DNA from: Candidatus Brocadiia bacterium JP1
Lineage (GTDB): Bacteria > Planctomycetota > Brocadiia > Brocadiales > Bathyanammoxibiaceae
DNA length: 64,000 bases
Assembly (NCBI GenBank): GCA_051388875.1
Contig: JBMFFR010000008.1
Span: 35,830-99,829, forward strand
Reading direction: 5' to 3'
Part shown: one piece after another, positions 33,262 through 42,407 of the stretch
How positions within the stretch are numbered: position 1 is the first letter of the stretch
Layout: the number at the start of each line of letters is the position of its first letter
Position numbers and translations under genes: made by a program
The notes under the pieces: generated by a model
What the model saw: the letters and a program-made list of their open reading frames with translations, nothing else
What the model was told of the DNA's origin: nothing
The model's database searches: none

Positions 33262-33894
33262 ATGAGTAGATATTTAGGTCCATCTTGTAGGCTGTGCAGA
33301 AGAGAAGGGATGAAGCTTTATCTTAAAGCTAGTCGTTGTTTTACATCAAAGTGTCCCGTCGTAAAGAGGAAAACTGCTCCAGGGATGCATTACTGGCAAA
33401 GTGGTAAGATGTCTAAGTCTAAGTATGGTATGCAGTTTAGAGAGAAACAGAGGCTCAAAAGGTTTTTTGGGCTATTGGATAGCCAGTTTGTGAGGGTGTT
33501 TGAAGAGGCCGAACGGAAGAAGGGCAACACGGGCGAGAACCTGCTTATCTTATTAGAAGAGCGGTTGGATAATGTAATTTACCTTCTAGCTTATGCAGGT
33601 TCACGTAAGCAGGCCCGACAAATTATTCGCCATGGACATATAACGGTGAACGATAAAAGGGTAAATATCCCCTCCTATCTTATCAGGGTGGGTGATATTA
33701 TAAAGCCCTATTCGCATCCTACCAGTCAGGAAATTGTAAAGACGAACCTGGCGACTTACAGCTCTCGTTTCAATTCAGCATGGTTAGAACTCGACAAAGA
33801 TACCCCACAAGCAAAGGTGCTTCGTGTGCCCACACGGGAAGAAGCCTCTTTGCCTATCCAGGAGCAGCTAGTAGTAGAGTTCTGTTCTAGATAA
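33262..33894 (+). CDS. rpsD: 30S ribosomal protein S4 (Cys-rich N-terminal form)
   Basis: MSRYLGPSCRLCRREGMKLYLKASRCFTSKC.. plus an S4 RNA-binding domain. Confidence 0.97.
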   Translation: MSRYLGPSCRLCRREGMKLYLKASRCFTSKCPVVKRKTAPGMHYWQSGKMSKSKYGMQFREKQRLKRFFGLLDSQFVRVFEEAERKKGNTGENLLILLEERLDNVIYLLAYAGSRKQARQIIRHGHITVNDKRVNIPSYLIRVGDIIKPYSHPTSQEIVKTNLATYSSRFNSAWLELDKDTPQAKVLRVPTREEASLPIQEQLVVEFCSR

Positions 33895-33959
33895 ACAAAA
33901 TACCTTTTGGTAGTATAAACAGGTTTGGCCGAAGAGGGCCCGAAGGGGAGGAAAAATAT

Positions 33960-34976
33960 ATGCGAATTCGGTGGAGGGGTTTTGAACTACCAACCCGCGT
34001 CACCGTAGACCAGAAAACCCTTTCTCACACATACGGCAAGTTCGTAGTTGAGCCTTTTGAGAGGGGTTACGGAGTTACTATTGGTAATTCATTAAGAAGG
34101 GTTCTTTTGTCCAGCCTGGAAGGTAGCGCAGTGAGTTCTATAAAGATTAAAGGGGTGAAGCATGAGTTCAGTACCGTTCCCGGTGTGATAGAAGATGTAA
34201 CCGAGGTTGTCCTCAATGTTAAATCGCTGGTAGTGAAATTGCTCGGTGACCAGCCCAAAAGAATCCGTGTAGAAGCCCATGAAAAAGGGGAAGTAAAGGC
34301 TAAGGATATAATTACTGAGGGAGCAGCGGAGATAATGGACCCTGAGCAGCATATAGCCACCCTTTCCGAGGATGTAGATTTCATTATGGAGATGGAGGTA
34401 AGGAAGGGGAGAGGTTATGTTACAGCTGAGGAAAATGAGCCGGAAGAACCAGAAATAGGTATCATTGCAATTGATTCCATATTTTCCCCTGTCAGAAAGG
34501 TGCTATACTATACAGAAGACACAAGGGTGGGGAGACGTACTAATTATGACCGATTAATAATGGAAATATGGACTAATGGTGTAGTAACTCCTGAGATGGC
34601 ACTGGTAGAGGCGGCAAAAATACTTAGAAAACATCTTACCCCGTTCATTCAATACTTTGAATTAGGTAGAGAGCTACTTCCCGCAGAAAAGAAGCCTGCA
34701 TTAACAGGGATAGACATCCCAATAGAATCCCATGGGGAACTGGAGGCGAAGTTCGGTAGACTTGTTTCAGAACTGGACCTCTCTGTCAGGGCCTCTAATT
34801 GCCTGGAAGCAGCTAATGTTAAGACAATCGACGACTTGATCAGTATGACTGAAGACGAACTCTTACAGGTAAGAAACTTTGGCAAAACGACTCTCAATGA
34901 GGTAAAGAAAAAACTTGCTCAGTGGGGGCTTACCCTTGGTATGAAAAAGAAGGCAGTAGTAGGAGAGAAACCTTAA
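33960..34976 (+). CDS. rpoA: DNA-directed RNA polymerase subunit alpha
   Basis: 338 aa. GNSLRRVLLSS and C-terminal domain LSVRASNCLEAANVKTIDDL. Confidence 0.98.
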   Translation: MRIRWRGFELPTRVTVDQKTLSHTYGKFVVEPFERGYGVTIGNSLRRVLLSSLEGSAVSSIKIKGVKHEFSTVPGVIEDVTEVVLNVKSLVVKLLGDQPKRIRVEAHEKGEVKAKDIITEGAAEIMDPEQHIATLSEDVDFIMEMEVRKGRGYVTAEENEPEEPEIGIIAIDSIFSPVRKVLYYTEDTRVGRRTNYDRLIMEIWTNGVVTPEMALVEAAKILRKHLTPFIQYFELGRELLPAEKKPALTGIDIPIESHGELEAKFGRLVSELDLSVRASNCLEAANVKTIDDLISMTEDELLQVRNFGKTTLNEVKKKLAQWGLTLGMKKKAVVGEKP

Positions 34977-35567
34977 ATGAGACATAAAATAGCAGGAAGA
35001 CATTTAGGAAGAACCTCTAGCCATAGGGTAGCTTTACGCCGAAATCTGGCCAAGGCTCTTTTAGCCCATGGTAGAATAATTACTACAGTAGTAAAGGCTA
35101 AAGAAATAAAGCCCTTTGTGGAGAGGCTTATTACACTGGCTAAAAAGGCCTACCAAAAAAAAGATACAGATAGACCTGCTTTCGTTCATTACTATCGGCA
35201 AATTCTTTCCCACCTTCAGGATAAAAACTTGACCCAAAAGCTTGTAGGAGAAGGTCAATGGCGCCAGAAGAAGTGTATTGCTGAGAGATTCCTCAACAGG
35301 AACGGGGGCTATACAAGGATAATAAGACTCGGTGGTAGCCGTCTTGGCATATTAACTGGTAGTAAGATAGGCCAGATACCTGTTTTGACCTACAAGATGG
35401 AAGACCAGGAGAGGAAACTTCGTCTGGTCGGTAACCGTCTTGGGGATAATGCTCCCCTTGCTCTTTTTGAATTGGTAGAAGAGGCTGGTGAAGCTATTAA
35501 GGAGATTAAACCAGAAGCACGGAAGGAAACTACTGCTACCGCAAAGCAAGAAGAAAAGAAGCAATGA
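34977..35567 (+). CDS. rplQ: 50S ribosomal protein L17 (enlarged, 196 aa)
   Basis: MRHKIAGRHLGRTSSHR.., NGGYTRIIRL, GDNAPLALFELV. It also has an internal ~33-aa insert and a Lys/Glu-rich tail. Confidence 0.95.
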   Translation: MRHKIAGRHLGRTSSHRVALRRNLAKALLAHGRIITTVVKAKEIKPFVERLITLAKKAYQKKDTDRPAFVHYYRQILSHLQDKNLTQKLVGEGQWRQKKCIAERFLNRNGGYTRIIRLGGSRLGILTGSKIGQIPVLTYKMEDQERKLRLVGNRLGDNAPLALFELVEEAGEAIKEIKPEARKETTATAKQEEKKQ

Positions 35568-35983
35568 AGGAGTGCGTCTTTTGTAAGATTGCCAATGGTG
35601 AATTGCCCGCTTGTAAGTTGCTGGAAGACGACGAAAAACTCTCTTTTTTAGATATAAATCCCCTCAATCCCGGCCATACACTCGTAGTACCAAAGAAACA
35701 CTATGAAACAGTAATGGATATACCTGGTCATGAACTGGGTAAACTCATGGAAGTTGTACCTCCACTAGCGCAGGCTATAACGACCGTAACAAAGGCAGAC
35801 GGGCTTAACCTCTTCCAGACTAATAAACCCTGTGCGGGTCAGACCGTCCCCCACGTTCATATACACATAATACCGAGATACCTGAAAGATGGATTCTCTT
35901 TTGGTTGGAGGCAGGGTAAATATAAAGAAGGGGAGTTGGAAAGTATGCGGAAAGAATTACTTAAGATGCTAAGGACTAAGTAG
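35564..35983 (+). CDS. HIT-family nucleotide hydrolase/transferase
   Basis: 139 aa with histidine triad HVHIHIIPR. 4-nt overlap (ATGA) with the rplQ stop. Confidence 0.9.
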   Translation: MKECVFCKIANGELPACKLLEDDEKLSFLDINPLNPGHTLVVPKKHYETVMDIPGHELGKLMEVVPPLAQAITTVTKADGLNLFQTNKPCAGQTVPHVHIHIIPRYLKDGFSFGWRQGKYKEGELESMRKELLKMLRTK

Positions 35984-36038
35984 TTGTGGTAGTTAGCAGT
36001 CTAAAAAAGTGGGTTAACTAACAAGGTGTTTGTAGCGT

Positions 36039-36488
36039 ATGCCAAGGAATTTTAGTTGGCTCTTACCCGACGAAATAGCAGGTATGGCACGACCTTCCTC
36101 TGCGGTGCAAGACCTCGAATTCTTGAAAGAGCTGGGTATAGACGCCATCGTTTCCCTCACAGAACACCCATTACAGAAGGCACTCATAGAAGAGTTCGGT
36201 TTTGAGTATAAGCATGTGCCAGTAGAAGACCTTACCGCCCCTTCCCTAGAACAGATAGAAGAGTTTGTAAATTTTGCGACAAAGGTGCGTGAGGAAGGCA
36301 AGAAACTAGTAGTACACTGTGGAGCAGGGATTGGCAGGACAGGAACAATGCTGGCCTGCTACCTGGTGCACAAGGGTTATACAGCTCAACGGGCTATTGA
36401 AGAGGTGAGACGCAAAAGGCCTGGCTCTATTGAAACCACGGAACAGGAGCATATAATAGCCCTTTACGAGAAAAGAATAAAGGGTTAA
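36039..36488 (+). CDS. dual-specificity/Cys-based protein phosphatase
   Basis: 149 aa. P-loop VVHCGAGIGRTGTM (CX5R). Confidence 0.85.
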   Translation: MPRNFSWLLPDEIAGMARPSSAVQDLEFLKELGIDAIVSLTEHPLQKALIEEFGFEYKHVPVEDLTAPSLEQIEEFVNFATKVREEGKKLVVHCGAGIGRTGTMLACYLVHKGYTAQRAIEEVRRKRPGSIETTEQEHIIALYEKRIKG

Positions 36489-36655
36489 CCTGCTCAAATT
36501 TTCCGGTTAAGATTGACTCTTTAATTCACAGAAACTTATACCCATCCCGTTGTCCATATTTTAAAATATAGCCTTGGCAGTGTAAGCCTTTCTAATAAAA
36601 TACAACCATAAGCCTAAAATGCAATTCTCCAGTATCAGATTTGAGATGAGGAAAA

Positions 36656-37462
36656 ATGGCTGCAAAGGTTAACTCTGTTCCACAAGGGGTCTTGAACGAT
36701 AGGATTGCTATCGTTACAGGGGCTGGCCAAGGTATCGGCCGGGGTATATCCCTTCAACTTGCTCAGCAAGGATGCCATGTGACAATAGCAGACAACGTTA
36801 CAGAAAAGGCCCAAGGAGTGGCAAAAGAGATAGAGGCACTCGGTCGTAAGGCCCTAATCCTCAGAATAGATGTCCAAAAAGCTGAAGATGCAGAACAAAT
36901 GGTCTCTGAAACAATACGTACCTTTGGACGGCTGGATATACTTGTTAATAATGCAGGTATCATAAGAGTGGCTCCGATTACGGATTTGATGGAGGAAGAC
37001 TGGGATGCCGTCATTAACACAAACCTTAGAGGTGCTTTCCTTTGCAGTCGTGCCGCTGCCAGGGTAATGGTAAAACAACGTGGGGGTAATATTGTAAATA
37101 TTAGTTCTAAATCAGGAAAGAAAGGAGGGCTTTGGCTAGGAGCGTATTGTGCCAGTAAATTTGGGATAATCGGTCTTACGCAAAGTATGGCCTTAGACCT
37201 TGCCCCTTTCGGAATAAGAGTTAATGCCGTGTGCCCTGGTATTGTATTCACCGAGATGTGGGAACACGTGGAAGCACCCTACGCAAAGAAATTGGGTATC
37301 AGTCCAGAAGAAGTGCGGGCTAGGTACGTAGAAAAAATTCCATTGGGTAGGGAATGCGCAATTGAAGACATTGCAAATACTGTAGTCTTTCTCGCCTCTG
37401 ATAAGGCTAGTTACATCACAGGACAGGCAATTATTTTGGCGGGTGGACAGGAAATGTCTTAG
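36656..37462 (+). CDS. short-chain dehydrogenase/reductase (SDR)
   Basis: 268 aa. TGAGQGIGRG cofactor motif, NNAG, catalytic YCASK. Confidence 0.9.
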   Translation: MAAKVNSVPQGVLNDRIAIVTGAGQGIGRGISLQLAQQGCHVTIADNVTEKAQGVAKEIEALGRKALILRIDVQKAEDAEQMVSETIRTFGRLDILVNNAGIIRVAPITDLMEEDWDAVINTNLRGAFLCSRAAARVMVKQRGGNIVNISSKSGKKGGLWLGAYCASKFGIIGLTQSMALDLAPFGIRVNAVCPGIVFTEMWEHVEAPYAKKLGISPEEVRARYVEKIPLGRECAIEDIANTVVFLASDKASYITGQAIILAGGQEMS

Positions 37463-37484
37463 GAGAAGAGGAGCGGTTAAAGTA

Positions 37485-37964
37485 TCAAATCCTTGTCCCT
37501 ATTTTCTTAAACTCCTTTATGCTATACAGAATTACATAGTCACTTAGCCCTGTCTTTTTCTTCATCGCTTCTATGACCCCTTCACATTCCTCATCCGTGT
37601 AGCCGTGAATCATAGTAAATAAGTTATAAGGCCAGTCAGGGAAGGTGGGACGTTCGTAACAGTGGGTAACTTCAGGGAAGTTGGCCATAAGCTTGCCCAC
37701 CTCTTCTACCCGCTCTGAGGGTACCCGCCAGACGCACATTGCGTTGGAATCTATACCTATCTTACGGTGGGCCACACTGGCTGCAAAGCGTCTTACTTTT
37801 TTAGACTCCAAAAGGCATTTTATGCGATTAACAACCTCCTCCTCGGAAAGCCCCAGTGCCTCTCCTATTGCTCTATATGGCCTTTCTACTATTGGTATAC
37901 CATCCTGTATGTGTTTAAGAAGTTTAATATCTAATTGGTCTGCCATGCTATGAACCCTTTCCAA
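37485..37964 (-). CDS. siroheme decarboxylase subunit (AhbB/NirH-like, Lrp/AsnC fold)
   Basis: 159 aa. N-terminal HTH (LDIKLLKHIQDG), then VTHCYERPTFPDWPYNLFTMIHG, typical of the NirD/L/G/H-AhbA/B family. Confidence 0.8.
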   Translation of the reverse strand: MERVHSMADQLDIKLLKHIQDGIPIVERPYRAIGEALGLSEEEVVNRIKCLLESKKVRRFAASVAHRKIGIDSNAMCVWRVPSERVEEVGKLMANFPEVTHCYERPTFPDWPYNLFTMIHGYTDEECEGVIEAMKKKTGLSDYVILYSIKEFKKIGTRI

Positions 37965-37972
37965 TATTCGTC

Positions 37973-38482
37973 TTATTCCTCTTTGTAAATATTGAATTTT
38001 ACCCCGATTTTGAATTTCTTTGTAGTTGGTAGGTTTCTCACTGTAAGACCGGTTTTTTGTTCTATTTCCTTTATTGTGTCAGATAGTGCTTGCTTATTGG
38101 GCGCAGACATGGTGAACCAGATATTGTAGGGTATTTCCTTGTTTTTCCCCTTCCTCAAATAGTTATGGGAGACACCAGTATAGGCGTTCAATATTGTTGC
38201 CACCTCTTCAATACGTTCCTCAGGGACTCTTATTGCCATAAGGCTTGCCGTATTTCCCATTTCGTGCGTATCTATAATAGGTCCCAAACGCCGTACTATG
38301 CCCTTTTCTATCATGGCCTTAGTCCTTTGGAGTACCTCTTTTTCTTCCATGCCTAATTCTTCAGCCAGGGTTTGAAATGGATGGGGAGTGAGCGGAAAAT
38401 TAGATTGCAGTCGGTGAAGTATTTTTTTGTCTGCTTTAGTTAGTTCCATCTGTACTGGTTGAAGCGATTTGGAAGGTTTCAA
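37973..38482 (-). CDS. siroheme decarboxylase subunit (AhbA/NirD-like, Lrp/AsnC fold)
   Basis: 169 aa. HTH (KKILHRLQSNFPL) then VSHNYLR..IPYNIWFTMSA. Paired with the adjacent paralogue. Confidence 0.8.
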   Translation of the reverse strand: MKPSKSLQPVQMELTKADKKILHRLQSNFPLTPHPFQTLAEELGMEEKEVLQRTKAMIEKGIVRRLGPIIDTHEMGNTASLMAIRVPEERIEEVATILNAYTGVSHNYLRKGKNKEIPYNIWFTMSAPNKQALSDTIKEIEQKTGLTVRNLPTTKKFKIGVKFNIYKEE

Positions 38483-39204
38483 GGAGTTTCTACTGATGAG
38501 CCAAAAAAGGTATCTTTAATCTCCCGCAGTGTGGCCTCTTTAATTAATACTTCGTACATATTGCGTCCGTTTTCACTTAGCACCTTTTCAGAGGCCATTT
38601 CCAATGCCTTCACCACCTGTGGCTCTTGTGTAAACTTAATCAATTCTGTGGCAAACCTGGGGTGCCTGCCTACTTTACCGCCCATGACTATGGTGTATCC
38701 CATGGCCCCAGTCTTTATAGAACCGGTGGGACAAACCCTTGCGCATTGGCCACAGTCAACACATCTATCGTAGTGGATAATCACTGTCTTATCAGGCTTT
38801 AAGGTAATAGCCTCTTCCCTGCAAGCCTTTAAGCATTTACGGCATAAGGTACACTCAGATGTGGGGTCTACTACCACTTTCTCCCGTGCAATTACTCCAA
38901 AATCCTTTATTTGGGGCATAGAACAGCTATTAGGGCAGCCTGCTACGGCCATCTTAAAGGTCTGATGTGGAAGTATACGACCCGGTATCTTGTCATAAAG
39001 CCGCTGACTGAAAGAGATTTCTTCCATCTTTGCAGCCATTCGCCTGGCAACAGGCCTGGGGGCATTGATAAGATAGGGGCATCCTACCTCTTCACCCTTA
39101 CAGGATTTTATCTGGAAGAGGATTGCTTGCCCGTCTTCTCTAATGTAATGCTCGTATTTCCTGAGGATAACAAGTTTATCCCCTTGAGTCGCTGTTAATT
39201 CCAT
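38479..39204 (-). CDS. small sulfite/nitrite-reductase-like siroheme-[4Fe-4S] protein with a ferredoxin insert
   Basis: 241 aa. Cys pattern C-x6-C (SCKGEEVGC) ... C-x3-C (AGCPNSC), as at the SiR/NiR siroheme-cluster site. Two ferredoxin motifs CTLCRKCLKAC and CVDCGQCARVCP. 4-nt overlap with the ahbA-like gene. Confidence 0.6.
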   Translation of the reverse strand: MELTATQGDKLVILRKYEHYIREDGQAILFQIKSCKGEEVGCPYLINAPRPVARRMAAKMEEISFSQRLYDKIPGRILPHQTFKMAVAGCPNSCSMPQIKDFGVIAREKVVVDPTSECTLCRKCLKACREEAITLKPDKTVIIHYDRCVDCGQCARVCPTGSIKTGAMGYTIVMGGKVGRHPRFATELIKFTQEPQVVKALEMASEKVLSENGRNMYEVLIKEATLREIKDTFFGSSVETP

Positions 39205-39364
39205 AATAATTTACAATTTTAAGCGCCAGATAGCTCTTTTGTCAAATAAATCTTTAGACCCACTGAAATCCCTTGATTTTCCTGTCTCTTGTGGTATCTT
39301 TTGAATAGTTTTAGGGTGGGACTAATAACTCAAATAAGGGAAGGGGTTAATGAAAGGGGGGAGT

Positions 39365-40156
39365 ATGATAATCACAGTAGTGCACCAGAAGGGTGGGGTA
39401 GGGAAGACCACTACCAGTGTTAACCTCTCCGGTGCTTTAGTTTTAAACAATAAACGGGTATTGCTTGTGGATATGGACCCTCAAGCCCACTCCACAAAGT
39501 GCATGGGAATTGAACTCGGGGATACCAGTCTTTCTGTTAAGGATGCCATGCTCAGGGAGGCCACCTCGTTATTTGCCCAATACTGGGGAAGCGATATACA
39601 TGATGTGGTCCATAAGGGCCCCAGGGGAGGGCTTGACCTGATTCCTTCAGAGATAAAGCTTGCCCAGGCCTTAGAGGAACTTTATAACCATTGTGGTAAA
39701 AGTTTTCGTGAATCTATACTATCTAAAAGCCTTCTTCCAATAAAAAATTATTATGACTATGTAATTATTGACTCTCCACCAGGTCTTGGCCTGTTGGCAG
39801 TAAATGCCATTAAGGCTGCCCAGTTTCTTCTTATCCCCAGCATTATGTCTAAACTCTCTGTTGATAGTATTACAGACCTTTTGAGTCTTGTAGAAAAGAT
39901 AAAGGGGCCTTCTTACGAGGATTACCGCATACTTCTCACCCTTGTTGACCCCAGGCTTAAGGCTACAAATGAGTTCGTTATTGACGAGCTCTCACCATAT
40001 AAGGATAAACTGCTCCGCACGCAGATTACAAGAAGTGAATCTATAAACCAGGCTCAAATTGCATCTCAGGACATCTTTGCCTTCGCCCCGGGTTCAAGGG
40101 GTGCCGAAGACTATGGCAAATTGGCCAAAGAACTCCTAAAGCTCTGGGAGGGATAG
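39365..40156 (+). CDS. ParA/MinD-family P-loop ATPase (no parB partner seen)
   Basis: Deviant Walker A VVHQKGGVGKTTT and IIDSPPGLG. ATG 39365 follows the SD AAGGGGGGAG (the track ORF starts at 39350). Confidence 0.85.
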   Translation: MIITVVHQKGGVGKTTTSVNLSGALVLNNKRVLLVDMDPQAHSTKCMGIELGDTSLSVKDAMLREATSLFAQYWGSDIHDVVHKGPRGGLDLIPSEIKLAQALEELYNHCGKSFRESILSKSLLPIKNYYDYVIIDSPPGLGLLAVNAIKAAQFLLIPSIMSKLSVDSITDLLSLVEKIKGPSYEDYRILLTLVDPRLKATNEFVIDELSPYKDKLLRTQITRSESINQAQIASQDIFAFAPGSRGAEDYGKLAKELLKLWEG

Positions 40157-40398
40157 TTTAATAAAACCTCCCTACCGAGCACAAACACCCGTCTAGTCCT
40201 TAACACAACCCCTTTTCCTTCCCCCCCCTTTTTTGTTCACTATAAATTTAGCCTAATTAGGCAAGACAAAGATAAAATTTTGCTTGCATACAACAAATTT
40301 GTTTTGTATAGTTTAAACATAAATCTACCTGATTTTTGGTGGGCCTAGGAGAGTGGTGCGTAACAGGTGTAAAAATCAATACTTGTGAAACGTTAAGT

Positions 40399-42240
40399 AT
40401 GTTTATAAGAAAACGAGATATAATCCTTGCAGCCTTGCCTATCATCTTATCCACGCTAGTAGTCGCTCTTGCACTGATAGCGGCAACTTATTTCTTACTG
40501 CTCAGACGGGAATTTGATTATCACAAGGCGACGGCCGAGCGAATGGCCCACCATTTTTATGAAGACCACTTTACTTATAGGATTAAGAAAACACTCCTCC
40601 AAGTTGAGAATATTTTATATTTAAACTCTGAAGCGTGGCATACGACCACTGGCATTATTCAAGAGCAAAGTCTTATAAAGGGACTTGTAGAGGGAAAGCC
40701 TGAATTTTCAGAGTTCAAGATACTGGATGTGAGTGGATATCCAGAGCTTAAATTGACTAGAAGAAATAATAGGATGTTGCCTGATTGGGACTTTACTAGT
40801 GAGGCAGAATCAAAGGGATTTGTTATGGCTACGACTGGCAAGTTCTTTATAAGCCCTGTTTTTGTCTGGCATGCTGCAAAACATGTAGAGATAGCGGCTC
40901 CGATAAGAGATGCCCACGGCGGGATTGTAAAGGTGCAAACGGCTAAAGTAAATCTGGAAAAACTGTGGCAAGAAACCGCGGGACACTATCCACGCAGTTT
41001 TAATAGCTACCTGGTAGATGGTAGTGGGGAACTTATTGTTTATCCTGAGCGCTCTCTTACGTACCAGATTAAGAATATCAGCAATCTTCCTACTATTCAG
41101 GATTTCCTTTTGGGACAACCCAGCTCTTTTAGCAGGTACACGATGTATGAGACACTTGGTGGTAAGAGGGTTGTCGGTCTCTACGCCTCAATTCCTGAGA
41201 CGGACTGGGCAGTTGTTGTGGAGCGATCGGCAAGGGAAGTTTATAAGCCTCTAAATATCTTGATTTTTGTTGGGTCTGTCATAATCTTGTTTTCCTTTGG
41301 TGGCTACTTATCGTGGGTTGTACTATCAACCACAATTGATAGTTCAATGGAAAGACTACTTGACTGTGCTGAAAAGATAGGTAAAAGCAGAGGGGTTGGT
41401 CATAGGTTGCAGGTTAAGAGCAATGACATATTTGGGCGACTGGCTGAGGAATTCAACCACACCCTGGGCCTGCTGGAGGAGCGCAATAAAGAAATCTACC
41501 ACACAAACGAAGAAATGAAGTTACTCCTTAACACCTTCACTACCCTTGTGCAGGAGGTCAGCTACGACAATTCCATTGAGGGAGTACTAGCAAATACATT
41601 AGAAAAGGCCATAGAGATAACAGGGGCTTCTGGTGGAGAGGTCTTTATTTTCAATGAAGAGTCTCAAGAAATGATGCCTTTAATCTCTGATAGATTGGAC
41701 AAGGATTTTTTCCTTGCTACTAAGGCCATACAGTTTAAAAGGGGGGTTGGTCTTCCTGGTAGGGTCTACGAGGAGGGAGAGGCTGTTTACAGTGAGGATA
41801 TTACTAAAGAGATTGACTTCCTGAGGAAGAAAATCGCCACAGAGAAAGGTTATATCTCTGCCGTTTATGTACCGCTAAAGTTGAGAGAAAAAGTTTATGG
41901 GTGTATTGGGGTTTTCCAAAAGGAGAAGAAAGATTATAGCTATAAGTTGATTGGTACACTTGAGGCAATGGGCACCATTGCAGCCTCTTTCCTGGAAAGT
42001 GCACAGCATTGTAAGGCAATTGAAGAAAAGACACAACAAGTAAGGCAAAAATTGGAGGACCTCCGTGTAATTACAGAGATAGATAAAAGCATACTACTTA
42101 GTATCAATAAACCTGAAGAACTCTTTGAAGGAGTTGCGTACCTTATGAGGCGACTCATACCATGCGATAGAGTTAGTGTGGTACTAGTGGATAAGCTACG
42201 GGGGGGTTTATTTACTGTTACGGTTGGGGTACAAAGGTAA
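40399..42240 (+). CDS. membrane sensor, Cache-like periplasmic domain + HAMP + GAF (N-terminal part of a split HD-GYP protein)
   Basis: Start MFIRKRDIILAALPIILSTLVVAL (TM1), ~270-aa extracytoplasmic region, then TM2 (ILIFVGSVIILFSFGGYL). Coiled linker followed by GAF-like segments. The frame ends inside a GAF domain, just after a G7 run. Confidence 0.7.
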   Translation: MFIRKRDIILAALPIILSTLVVALALIAATYFLLLRREFDYHKATAERMAHHFYEDHFTYRIKKTLLQVENILYLNSEAWHTTTGIIQEQSLIKGLVEGKPEFSEFKILDVSGYPELKLTRRNNRMLPDWDFTSEAESKGFVMATTGKFFISPVFVWHAAKHVEIAAPIRDAHGGIVKVQTAKVNLEKLWQETAGHYPRSFNSYLVDGSGELIVYPERSLTYQIKNISNLPTIQDFLLGQPSSFSRYTMYETLGGKRVVGLYASIPETDWAVVVERSAREVYKPLNILIFVGSVIILFSFGGYLSWVVLSTTIDSSMERLLDCAEKIGKSRGVGHRLQVKSNDIFGRLAEEFNHTLGLLEERNKEIYHTNEEMKLLLNTFTTLVQEVSYDNSIEGVLANTLEKAIEITGASGGEVFIFNEESQEMMPLISDRLDKDFFLATKAIQFKRGVGLPGRVYEEGEAVYSEDITKEIDFLRKKIATEKGYISAVYVPLKLREKVYGCIGVFQKEKKDYSYKLIGTLEAMGTIAASFLESAQHCKAIEEKTQQVRQKLEDLRVITEIDKSILLSINKPEELFEGVAYLMRRLIPCDRVSVVLVDKLRGGLFTVTVGVQR

Positions 42241-42407
42241 GGAATAAAGGGGATTTCGTACCCTTTGAGCATACCAATATCTCCACGGTACTCAAAGCAA
42301 AGAAGTGTGTTGTTAGAAATGACTTAAGGCAAGAAAAGGAATTACTTCAGCTAGATAGGAAGTTACTTGAGGAGGGATTCCTTTCAGACCTGAGGGTACC
42401 AATTATA

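Noticed and set aside
38459-39198. Plus-strand ORFs 38459..38773 and 38911..39198
   Set aside because: They are antisense to the SiR-like gene, whose Cys motifs give it clear priority.
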